Shown here piece after piece: positions 53,615 to 61,948 of a stretch of 64,000 nt of DNA. The stretch lies in the sequence record ON287376.1; one strand, written 5' to 3'. The stretch's first letter is position 1; every line of letters begins with the position of its first letter. The position numbers and the translations under genes are program-made. A model generated the notes under the pieces. The model saw nothing but the letters and a program-made list of their open reading frames with translations, was not told where the DNA came from and searched no databases.

Positions 53615-53699
53615 TACCTTGGAGTTGTGATGGAGTCGCGATCCATTACTAAGTTCTAACAGATCTGTTTCAACAAATTCTATTGGGGGTAGCATTACC

Positions 53700-54737
53700 G
53701 TGACACTTAAGAAGAGCACATGGAGAACAAACAGTACTATCCTGAACCCTAAACGGTTGGATGTACTGAATAAGGAACTGGAGGCATCTCAAGTAACAAT
53801 CGAAGTACGAGTTGTTAACTTGTTGAACCATCCGGTTATGGTTAAAGAAAACACTGGCAATCGTCATGTAGTAAATCCAAAGAACGTACCTGCCGCTGGT
53901 CGCTGTATTGCGATCAGTGTTGTATTTTCTTACGCCAACAGCTTAGTTAAAATTAACGCTGACCACGATTACTCTGAGGAGTACATTCACGATGTGCTCG
54001 AACGGTATAAGGGATTTGCTAGCGTCCATGTCGATGACACGGATGTTTTCAATCGCTTTAATCGTAACTATTCTCGTCTGGTAATGGCTTTCGACGAGCG
54101 TAATCTGAAGTCCTTAGGTAATCTGCTGGAGATTGCAGAATGGGGTATTAGTATCGACTGTAGCAGAGATGCGGCGACTAGAACCCTGGAGTCTGAATTT
54201 ATCGAGGCTCATTTACCGAATGTGAAACCCGATAATGATTGTCGTTATAGTGGCGTATGTGTCACTTTAAACGATCCTGATAATCGGCTACCAAGAGCAT
54301 TCTATCGGATTGGCAGTGAGGTATTCGAGATAGACCTAGATCGAACAGCCGGTTGTGAGCCGGGCGTCGAGCTGGCTGCTTGGAACATCATGATGCCGTC
54401 GATGGTGCCGATGGAAGAAACCCGAATGAAGTTCTCTATCGACGAAGCATTGTCAGGGGAAAATCCATTGGGGTTGAAAGTATTCACATCTTTGGAAGAG
54501 GCTTATGCTTCTCCAGAAAACGAACTCAAACGAGTTAAGGACGAAGTAGCGAAAGAGAAAGTCAAACAGCGAGATGATAAGCGTACCAGTGTTCGAGAAG
54601 AAAAGCTGAAATTCGGTCATGGTATCCTTAAGATCTTTAATGAGGCCGTGAAGACTACGTTACCGATATTAGTGAGTTGGGGAGCCAAGTTGTTTGGTAT
54701 CTTTAAACGTTCTTCTTCAATAATGGCTTTAATCTAA
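53700..54737 (+). CDS. Conserved hypothetical protein with coiled coil and amphipathic C-terminus
   Basis: GTG start with GGGGT upstream; first gene after the early motif. Confidence 0.7.
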   Translation: MTLKKSTWRTNSTILNPKRLDVLNKELEASQVTIEVRVVNLLNHPVMVKENTGNRHVVNPKNVPAAGRCIAISVVFSYANSLVKINADHDYSEEYIHDVLERYKGFASVHVDDTDVFNRFNRNYSRLVMAFDERNLKSLGNLLEIAEWGISIDCSRDAATRTLESEFIEAHLPNVKPDNDCRYSGVCVTLNDPDNRLPRAFYRIGSEVFEIDLDRTAGCEPGVELAAWNIMMPSMVPMEETRMKFSIDEALSGENPLGLKVFTSLEEAYASPENELKRVKDEVAKEKVKQRDDKRTSVREEKLKFGHGILKIFNEAVKTTLPILVSWGAKLFGIFKRSSSIMALI

Positions 54738-54754
54738 CTGTGGAGTAATCGATT

Positions 54755-56368
54755 GTGGATAATCGCTTGTATCAAGACATCATAGCAGACCTTCCTCAGT
54801 TTAACCCCGATATCGCAAAGGGTTATTCTGTAAAGGACATGGAAGACGCGGAGGAGTATATCCATCGTATCTTCGAATGTGCTTCTGCTGACTTCCCGCC
54901 TATCTTCAAATTTGTGGGACTCCGTAGACTAACGCCTGAAGAGGAACAGCGTGAAATCGAACGGACTAGCGAGCGAATCCCGGAACGTGATGTCTCTCAG
55001 ACAGACGTTTACATGTGTGAGGCTATCTTCGACTTCGACGGTCAGAAGGTAACTCGTAATATCAACCTGCCGTATATGCGTGAAGCTGGTACGATCTTCC
55101 TGCGCGGAAGTCGTAGCACAATTCACCCGATCCTAGCCGACCTGGTGTTCAGCGTCTCCGACCTCGGTTTGTTTACGATGTTGTTGAGAGCTAAGTTTAC
55201 CCTTACCCGCACCAACTATGGTGTCCTGAAGGATGGTGAGTCTATTACTCACTTCGTGGTAGCTGGGAACATTTACCAGAGCAAAGAGAGTGTTGCGGAT
55301 TCCCGCAAGGCCAACAAAGTCGAATCGACTATTGGCCATTACCTGTTTTGCAAGTATGGCGTTACCGAGACATTCAAACGGTATTATGACACTGATGTCA
55401 TTATCGAAGAGAAGCGTCCGGGACTATCGGAGATCTATCCGGTAGAGGACTATGTAATGTTTACGACTATGGGTTTGCCGCCTCTCGAAAAACGACGCCG
55501 CGAACAGTCGGATTGGACTCCGACTAATCTAGTACTCATTATCCCTCGGGACAAATGTGAGGAACATCCAGGGGTATCTCTTCTGGCCACTCACTTCTTC
55601 TACGTAATCGATCAGTTCCCAAGCCGTTTCACTTTGGAACACATCGATCAAGATGGCACCTGGCGCATCGCAATGGGGTATATTTTACACCGCGCCAAAG
55701 AGAACGAAGGTAAGCTGCTTAACGAAATCGATAAGCACTTAAACTCGCTCGACCGTTACGTCGACTATGAAACAAAACGTCACCTGGAAATGGAAGGTAT
55801 TCAGGTAGACAATCTGTACGATCTGTTCGTTCATGTACTTGACACGATTACAAGTCGTATTGTTAACGATAACTCTGGCCGTATGTGGGGTAAGCATTTA
55901 TTAGTTAAACGTTATGCACTGTCCGGTATTACTGAAGCGATCTTTAACTTCACCTGGCAGCTGGAAAAAGAACGTGATTCTCTGACGTTCCGTAGACTGC
56001 GTTGGACATTGTCCCGCATGATTACTCCAGATGCATTCCTGGGTATCCAAAGTAAACACGGGGAATTGGGTTCCGTCCAATATCCTGGTGATTGCATGAT
56101 CTTCAAACACACCTGCGTCTCTATTCGTCAGATGAACGCGGTGACGGGCAAAGGTAAAACGAAGAGCTTCAAACCTAACGAGCTCGCCTATCAACTCGAC
56201 GGCTCTATTGCCGAAGCGGGCTCTGCCTGTAACTTTGCGAAAGGTTCTCCTGATGGCCGTAGTCGTCTTAACATGTTCCTCCACATCGACAAAAATGGAC
56301 GTATCGTCCGTAACCCAGATCTGGTGGAACTTATCGACCAAGCCCAGAAAGAAATTTCGAAATACTAA
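54755..56368 (+). CDS. Non-virion RNA polymerase beta subunit, N-terminal part (phiKZ gp123-like)
   Basis: GGAG RBS + GTG; NLPYMREAGTIFLRG (beta GTFxING-like); SPDGRSRLNMFLHIDKNG fork-loop region. Confidence 0.8.
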   Translation: MDNRLYQDIIADLPQFNPDIAKGYSVKDMEDAEEYIHRIFECASADFPPIFKFVGLRRLTPEEEQREIERTSERIPERDVSQTDVYMCEAIFDFDGQKVTRNINLPYMREAGTIFLRGSRSTIHPILADLVFSVSDLGLFTMLLRAKFTLTRTNYGVLKDGESITHFVVAGNIYQSKESVADSRKANKVESTIGHYLFCKYGVTETFKRYYDTDVIIEEKRPGLSEIYPVEDYVMFTTMGLPPLEKRRREQSDWTPTNLVLIIPRDKCEEHPGVSLLATHFFYVIDQFPSRFTLEHIDQDGTWRIAMGYILHRAKENEGKLLNEIDKHLNSLDRYVDYETKRHLEMEGIQVDNLYDLFVHVLDTITSRIVNDNSGRMWGKHLLVKRYALSGITEAIFNFTWQLEKERDSLTFRRLRWTLSRMITPDAFLGIQSKHGELGSVQYPGDCMIFKHTCVSIRQMNAVTGKGKTKSFKPNELAYQLDGSIAEAGSACNFAKGSPDGRSRLNMFLHIDKNGRIVRNPDLVELIDQAQKEISKY

Positions 56369-56400
56369 TTTAAATCTTAAGTCTTGCTAGGAGTAGTAAA

Positions 56401-58584
56401 ATGAGTGACTATAAATTTTCCGATCGTGACGTTGCTAATTTCGTTAAAGAAATCCTCGACACTGAATCTCGCCGTAATGAACTGATCGGCTATCTGGACG
56501 ATCTGACTCGTGATCGTCGTTCAGATGTTGGTGAGAAGCTGATGCGTTATGCAATCAGCGCTTATGCTCTGGAATATAACCGTACTAAGAAGTCTTCCGA
56601 AGACATCGTGTACGATCTGGTTCTGTGGTATGCAGCTGCCCGTGCAGCAGACGACCGTGGGTTCACTCGTAACCTGAGCAATGCTGAAATGGATGACCTG
56701 GCCGATATGGGTCGCATGGCTCTGGAGATCATCGATGAGCTGGCAGAGATGAACGAATCTCGTGGCCGTGGTTATGGTCGTGATGATCGTCGTGGTGGTG
56801 GCCGTGAAAGTTCCTTCGGTCGCGCAGCACGCGAACAAGATCGTCGCGGTTATTCTGCCGGTGGTTCTCGTGGTTATGGCGGCGGTCGTCAGGAAGGTTA
56901 TCGTTCCGACTATAGCTCTGCTGCAGCCCGTGGTGTAGATCAACGTGCTCCGCAACGTCCAGTCTATGGCGAACGTACCCATGCTCGAGAAGAGGCTCAG
57001 CCACGCGTCAAAACTGCATTGGATGTTATGGCAGAGATGCACCTGAAACGCCGTCAAGCTGAAGCGGGCATTCAGGAACCGGAACCTCAACCACGTCGTC
57101 AGGAACGTCGTGTAGAGGAACCAACTCGCCGTGAACTTGCAACTCGTAATCCAGTAGACGCAGTTCGTCGTAACCATGTACCTGCTTACGAGCGTGTAAC
57201 TCCTGAAACCATCACCAGCAAACCAGAGTGGACTGCTGACCCGAATGGCCCAGTAGCAGGTAACGCTGACTTCATCCCAGATGACATCGGTCAGTGGGGC
57301 ACTACTGAAAGCGGTAAAGTTCTGCCAAGTCCTGAGCGTCCTATCACTCAGTACGAAATCCTGAACAACTGCTATGACCTGAACGATATCGAAGTTGTGG
57401 AAGCAATTCCAGAACGTCCACGTTTCAGTTGCAACGGTGCAGCCCCTTCCTGGGAAGCTGATGAAGTAGCGCCACAATGGAGCATCAGCAAAGACGGTTA
57501 TCGTGTACTGGCTTTCCGTAAACTGTCTGAAGAGGAAAAAGAGAAAGTGCGTAAAGAAATCCACACTATGCCGGAAATCATCGGCGTACGTAATGGCCCA
57601 GGTAAATCTCATCCACAACGCGAAGCTATTCTGCTGGCAGCTGGTAAAACCACCCGCTTCAATCTGGAAGAAGCACGTCGTCGTGAAGAAGAAGCTCGTA
57701 AAGAGTGGGAAGACGTTGTAGCTGTTCTGAAAGCAGAAAACGAAACTCTGCCAGAAGAAGAGCAAAAACCAATCCCGGATCTGGATCTGAGCGATTACAA
57801 ACCGACTATCGACGAAACTGTGAAAGTAGGTAAAGTGATCAAGGCATTCGGCCACGATGCGCTGGAAGTTAAGATCATGGATCTGCGTACTGAGCTGGAT
57901 ACCGAATCCTCTCTGGATCTGCGTACTGAAAACTATCGTCCTCTGCACGATGCCGGTTCCGCTGAAGCAGCGCGTGAAATGATCGAAGGTCTGCGTGGTC
58001 TGGTGATCACTGGTTCTCCGGTCTCTAACGTAACTCTGCCGCAGATGCTGCGTAGCTTCGAAAATCGCGTAGATGGTCTGCCAGGTCATCTGATCGTGTT
58101 CATCAAGCGCCACATCGTGAATGTCATCAACGATATCCTGGGCATGGAAATGGGCAGTACTCTGACCATCGACGACGTTAACGATCTGCGTACTATCGAA
58201 GCAGATATGGTTAAAATCGCCGGTGAAGAGTTCGCTGCTAAGTTCTCCGAAACGGTTAACGAAAACATCCGTCGTTTCGAGTTCCTGACTACTGGTGAAG
58301 ATATGGGTAAACCAACCTATATCGTTAGCAAGAAATCTTCCGGCGTTCTGACCCTGCCGATGACTATTGCTGACATCAGCATGAAGAAACGTCCTGGTAT
58401 CAAACTGATGTCTACCACGGTAAACCGTGATAGTGCACCAAAACTGTATCAAGCCCTGAACATGATGAACATGGCTCACGGTGGTTTCAACAAAGAGCTG
58501 TATCTGACCGACGGCACCTGGGTTACTGTAACCAAAGATGCTATGGCTAAAGGTCAGTTCGTACTGGCTTACAAAACCGCATAA
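56401..58584 (+). CDS. Conserved 727-aa protein with RGG/RG-rich disordered region
   Basis: AGGAG RBS; GRGYGRDDRRGGGR...GGSRGYGGGR segment; strong codon bias. Confidence 0.8.
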   Translation: MSDYKFSDRDVANFVKEILDTESRRNELIGYLDDLTRDRRSDVGEKLMRYAISAYALEYNRTKKSSEDIVYDLVLWYAAARAADDRGFTRNLSNAEMDDLADMGRMALEIIDELAEMNESRGRGYGRDDRRGGGRESSFGRAAREQDRRGYSAGGSRGYGGGRQEGYRSDYSSAAARGVDQRAPQRPVYGERTHAREEAQPRVKTALDVMAEMHLKRRQAEAGIQEPEPQPRRQERRVEEPTRRELATRNPVDAVRRNHVPAYERVTPETITSKPEWTADPNGPVAGNADFIPDDIGQWGTTESGKVLPSPERPITQYEILNNCYDLNDIEVVEAIPERPRFSCNGAAPSWEADEVAPQWSISKDGYRVLAFRKLSEEEKEKVRKEIHTMPEIIGVRNGPGKSHPQREAILLAAGKTTRFNLEEARRREEEARKEWEDVVAVLKAENETLPEEEQKPIPDLDLSDYKPTIDETVKVGKVIKAFGHDALEVKIMDLRTELDTESSLDLRTENYRPLHDAGSAEAAREMIEGLRGLVITGSPVSNVTLPQMLRSFENRVDGLPGHLIVFIKRHIVNVINDILGMEMGSTLTIDDVNDLRTIEADMVKIAGEEFAAKFSETVNENIRRFEFLTTGEDMGKPTYIVSKKSSGVLTLPMTIADISMKKRPGIKLMSTTVNRDSAPKLYQALNMMNMAHGGFNKELYLTDGTWVTVTKDAMAKGQFVLAYKTA

Positions 58585-58666
58585 TCCACTTAATATGTAG
58601 CGTGTGCTCTCGTCGGTGATCCGGCGAGGGCTTCACGTCAACTATGAGAGACCCAAGGAGGTCCAA

Positions 58667-59032
58667 ATGAACACCAATTATACTACCGCTAGTAACGTCC
58701 TTTCTTTCGTTCAAAACCTGTATGCGGACGAAGCACGCCGCTACGGCATTAAGGTAGCGCGTCACTCTGACGTAGAACTGAACCAGTTCTTTAAAGTAAT
58801 GGATCTTAACGGTCTGTTGAAAGATGCACTGGACAGCGTTGTGAAATACATCCAGACTTACGAGTCTGTTCACAATGCCGGTGAGAAGTACAAATCCATC
58901 CTCCTGCCTGATGCTGTAGGTTCCGCTTACCGCACCATGCTGTTGATCACTCGTCTGACTAAAGAAGGTTACAACGTTAACTTTGCTGTAGAAGACGAAA
59001 ACGGTTTCAGTTCCCTGCTGAAGACTAAATGA
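58667..59032 (+). CDS. Hypothetical protein (121 aa)
   Basis: AGGAGGT RBS before ATG 58667; upstream hairpin (58605-58630) and CTATG. Confidence 0.75.
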   Translation: MNTNYTTASNVLSFVQNLYADEARRYGIKVARHSDVELNQFFKVMDLNGLLKDALDSVVKYIQTYESVHNAGEKYKSILLPDAVGSAYRTMLLITRLTKEGYNVNFAVEDENGFSSLLKTK

Positions 59033-59038
59033 CAAAAT

Positions 59039-59066
59039 AGAGTAGAGGCCATTTGGCCTCTACTCT
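59039..59066. terminator. Bidirectional terminator
   Basis: AGAGTAGAGGCC-ATTT-GGCCTCTACTCT between convergent genes. Confidence 0.85.
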
Positions 59067-59096
59067 GTGTCAGCTATTCAGCTTTTCTTTTTTTGC

Positions 59097-61895
59097 TCAG
59101 GGTGGTGCCAGGTTGTCGTCTTCAGCGGCTTGGAACGGATCTTCGTTTGCACGGTCACCGCCAAATTCATCTTCACGACTACCAAAGTCATTACCACTCA
59201 GGTCACCCTCGCCGAAGTCTTCGAACTCGTCTGAACCCGTATCGAATTCTGAGTCACTGGAGCTATTGTCGCTACCCCAATCACTACCGCCTCCGAAACC
59301 GCCTTGGTTAGCATTTTCAATTGCTTGACTCAAGTCAGGGTTAGTTTCCTTCGTAACTTCCAAACGGTTCTCACGGAGCTGACGAATAACTGCAGCGGTG
59401 TCACCCAGGTTATGTACCAGGTTAGCCATGTGCGCATTCAGCTCTTTAGAGAAGTCAATCGCAGGGTTATCTTCGCTACCTACACGAGTCAGTTCACTCA
59501 GACCAAAGTCCATCCCCGTCTTAGCCAGGTACTCACGTTTGAAGTAAGCGGCCACGTTAGCTTTGAGGTGATTGATCTTATCTTGGTCTTCGTCGCCCAG
59601 AGAAGGCCCGATGAGTTCTGGCGAGATGTAGTTCTCAACCATGTCATCAATCCATTGAGAGACTTTGTCGTATTCTTCTTTCTGGTTCTCGATCCGGTTA
59701 GATTCAGGACGAGGAAGTTCCAGATAAAGGACGCGGAAGAACTCTTCAATGGCATCGGTATATTGCAGTGAGTATGGGTTACCCATATCGTTGCAACGGT
59801 ACTCTTCTGGGAGCTGGTCGTTGTGTTCACGGAAGATCTCTTGGATACGGCCAACCAACGTACCGTCAGACAAGGTATAGGACTTAACAAACTTCTTACC
59901 GTGTTTGCAAGTGTCATCCTGAATCATCATGATACGTTTTGCATAAAGCTGGTTGGTTGTCCAGCGGGAGATAGCAAAGTCTGCCTGGGTAGTCATGTCC
60001 ACCATTTCTGGTGTTACGAACAGACCCATGTATTGCTGACGTTGCAACTCACGAGAGAACTCTGGATCGATTTGTTGACGTTGAGATTGGAACTCAGAAA
60101 CATCGACAGTCGTGTTAGGCATACGCGGGTTACCTTGGACTTCAATAACCACACCCATGGAACGAATAACACGGAACATCTCAGCAGCAGACGTTACGTC
60201 TGTTGGAGTACCGCCAGCCTGTTGACGCATGAATTCATCGATCATGACGTGATACGCTTTGTCCGGATCAGGGTCACGAGGGTCAATGTTCATGGTAACT
60301 TTAGTACGGCCAACTGCGTTCTTAACCCCAGCCATGAAGTTAGCAAAAGTTGTCATTGCACGCAGAGCGGATACTTGCTTGATGTCATCCATCAAGGATT
60401 TACCCATGCCGTTCTTGTCGTAGTCGTATGCAAAGTACGCAACGTTCTCAACAGGTACGAATACCATATGGGTACGTTGGTTAGCAAACTTACGGAACAG
60501 GAACAGACGCATGATATCTTCGTTCCAGCCCAACTTAACGTTACGGCCGAGCAAACCGTTTTTAATACGGTTAAGTACGTTCTCTTCCAGAACCTGGTCG
60601 AAGATACGCACACGCTCAGCGGCGTTAGTTTTATCGGCATCGTAGCAAAGACCGGAACCCAACATCTTAGTCTGTTGAATAAGTGAAGAGGTCTGGTTCA
60701 TCTGACTGTCGCCGTTAAGACCATTGTTACCGTTCTTAACAGCACGAGCGATCTCGTCGGTTACATCCAACGGGTGACCAAGTTCATCCAGGAGAATAAT
60801 GTAACCTAAGTGGTTGCGAGGCTCACCTTTAGGGAAGCACGGAATACAAGATTCACTTGGTACTTTAATAACCAGCGGGTGACCAATAGAAGAACGAGAA
60901 GCTTCAGCCGCCGTTGTCATTACCTTAACACGTTCCATCGCACTACCGTTGTCGCGATAGAGACTGTTGGCAAGGGTGCGGATCTCCTTGATATGACCGT
61001 TACCGCCGCTAAAGGACTCGTTGGAAATACGAGTAGTCGAACGGAAAGAACGGTTCATTCGCTTCTGGTTGATCCGGTCACGAACCTTACCTAAACCGAG
61101 AACTGCAATGTTATCGGTAATGGTACATGCGTCGTTGATACGCGTAGGCGTTTCACGGTCACCGGCTGGGTTCCAGAAGAAGTTTTCCATGCTAGGAGTA
61201 CTGACTTCACGTCGCTTCTCTTTCTTGGCTTCTTCTTCAGTAAGACCTGGGTCGCCCAAGATACCTTTACCGGTATGTTTCAACGTACCGTCTTTAAACT
61301 GTGATGCAATGTGGGCCGCGTACATTTCGTCGGTCATTGCGGCAGATTCGTTAGAGACGCCGTTATAGGTACGGTCGTTGATGATATCGTCGATTACTGC
61401 TTCAGGAACGATAACGCCAATCCAAGCACCGTAGTCGAACAATGCTTCACCGATGATCTCCGGCAGTTTATCGCGGAGAGGGTAATAACCACCATCACCG
61501 AAATGTTCGCGGATAACTTCCGTGATTTCATTCAGTATAGTAGGACGAATTTCTGAATCTTCTGTTTTAAAGACCAGCTCGCCGTCGAACATGTCTACAG
61601 GAGAAAGGGTGGTGGAAATGATCATTTGTTTGATCAGTTTCAAATCGCTACTCAGCTGCAGGATAGTTTCTGCATCCAAGTTCTTCTGAGCACGGTTTCC
61701 GACGATGTGGTCGAAAATAGTCTCATTATGTACCTTAACACCTTCACCCTGGCTATGATCACCGGTTAAATGGTCACGTACCATCTTCGTCATGATAGAC
61801 GTGGCAGCAGGCGTATTTTCTAACCATTTCGTGGGTTTACTCCGAACACTCGTATCGGGACCACTACTGGTAAGAGTAGGTTTCTTCATTATCAT
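59097..61895 (-). CDS. Portal protein (phiKZ gp129-like)
   Basis: 932 aa; N-terminal VSNE/PSME/ISNE sites; AYDYDKNGMGKSL and RTKVTMNIDPRDPDP portal-like segments; acidic C-tail; synteny. Confidence 0.75.
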   Translation of the reverse strand: MIMKKPTLTSSGPDTSVRSKPTKWLENTPAATSIMTKMVRDHLTGDHSQGEGVKVHNETIFDHIVGNRAQKNLDAETILQLSSDLKLIKQMIISTTLSPVDMFDGELVFKTEDSEIRPTILNEITEVIREHFGDGGYYPLRDKLPEIIGEALFDYGAWIGVIVPEAVIDDIINDRTYNGVSNESAAMTDEMYAAHIASQFKDGTLKHTGKGILGDPGLTEEEAKKEKRREVSTPSMENFFWNPAGDRETPTRINDACTITDNIAVLGLGKVRDRINQKRMNRSFRSTTRISNESFSGGNGHIKEIRTLANSLYRDNGSAMERVKVMTTAAEASRSSIGHPLVIKVPSESCIPCFPKGEPRNHLGYIILLDELGHPLDVTDEIARAVKNGNNGLNGDSQMNQTSSLIQQTKMLGSGLCYDADKTNAAERVRIFDQVLEENVLNRIKNGLLGRNVKLGWNEDIMRLFLFRKFANQRTHMVFVPVENVAYFAYDYDKNGMGKSLMDDIKQVSALRAMTTFANFMAGVKNAVGRTKVTMNIDPRDPDPDKAYHVMIDEFMRQQAGGTPTDVTSAAEMFRVIRSMGVVIEVQGNPRMPNTTVDVSEFQSQRQQIDPEFSRELQRQQYMGLFVTPEMVDMTTQADFAISRWTTNQLYAKRIMMIQDDTCKHGKKFVKSYTLSDGTLVGRIQEIFREHNDQLPEEYRCNDMGNPYSLQYTDAIEEFFRVLYLELPRPESNRIENQKEEYDKVSQWIDDMVENYISPELIGPSLGDEDQDKINHLKANVAAYFKREYLAKTGMDFGLSELTRVGSEDNPAIDFSKELNAHMANLVHNLGDTAAVIRQLRENRLEVTKETNPDLSQAIENANQGGFGGGSDWGSDNSSSDSEFDTGSDEFEDFGEGDLSGNDFGSREDEFGGDRANEDPFQAAEDDNLAPP

Positions 61896-61948
61896 GATTT
61901 ACCAAATCCTTATTTCTCTCATGTGTTCGCATAAAGACAGGAGGCCGC

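Noticed and set aside
53475-53652. MCP TGA-A stop followed by 16 in-frame codons (TLGEAFENPLSGFDPA), a +1-frame ORF, and a GGGTTCGATCC T-loop-like hairpin
   Set aside because: A 16-codon open run occurs by chance about 46% of the time ((61/64)^16); the +1 ORF crosses the terminator with no shift-stimulating SD; the hairpin has a 6-nt loop and no acceptor stem. Only virion MS could revive it
14153-56368. Split RNAP subunits, split DNA polymerase and the odd DnaB Walker A (LQHHFKS)
   Set aside because: Established features of phiKZ-like phages, not novel; no frameshift or pseudogene implied
56521-58479. 652-aa antisense ORF
   Set aside because: Same codon-bias shadow, fully inside 56401..58584
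9898-58667. Upstream-extended starts in the ORF track (9898, 15571, 22109, 40545, 41587, 50386, 50475, 58604)
   Set aside because: Downstream ATGs have clear RBSs and avoid overlaps or regulatory hairpins; coordinates were adjusted
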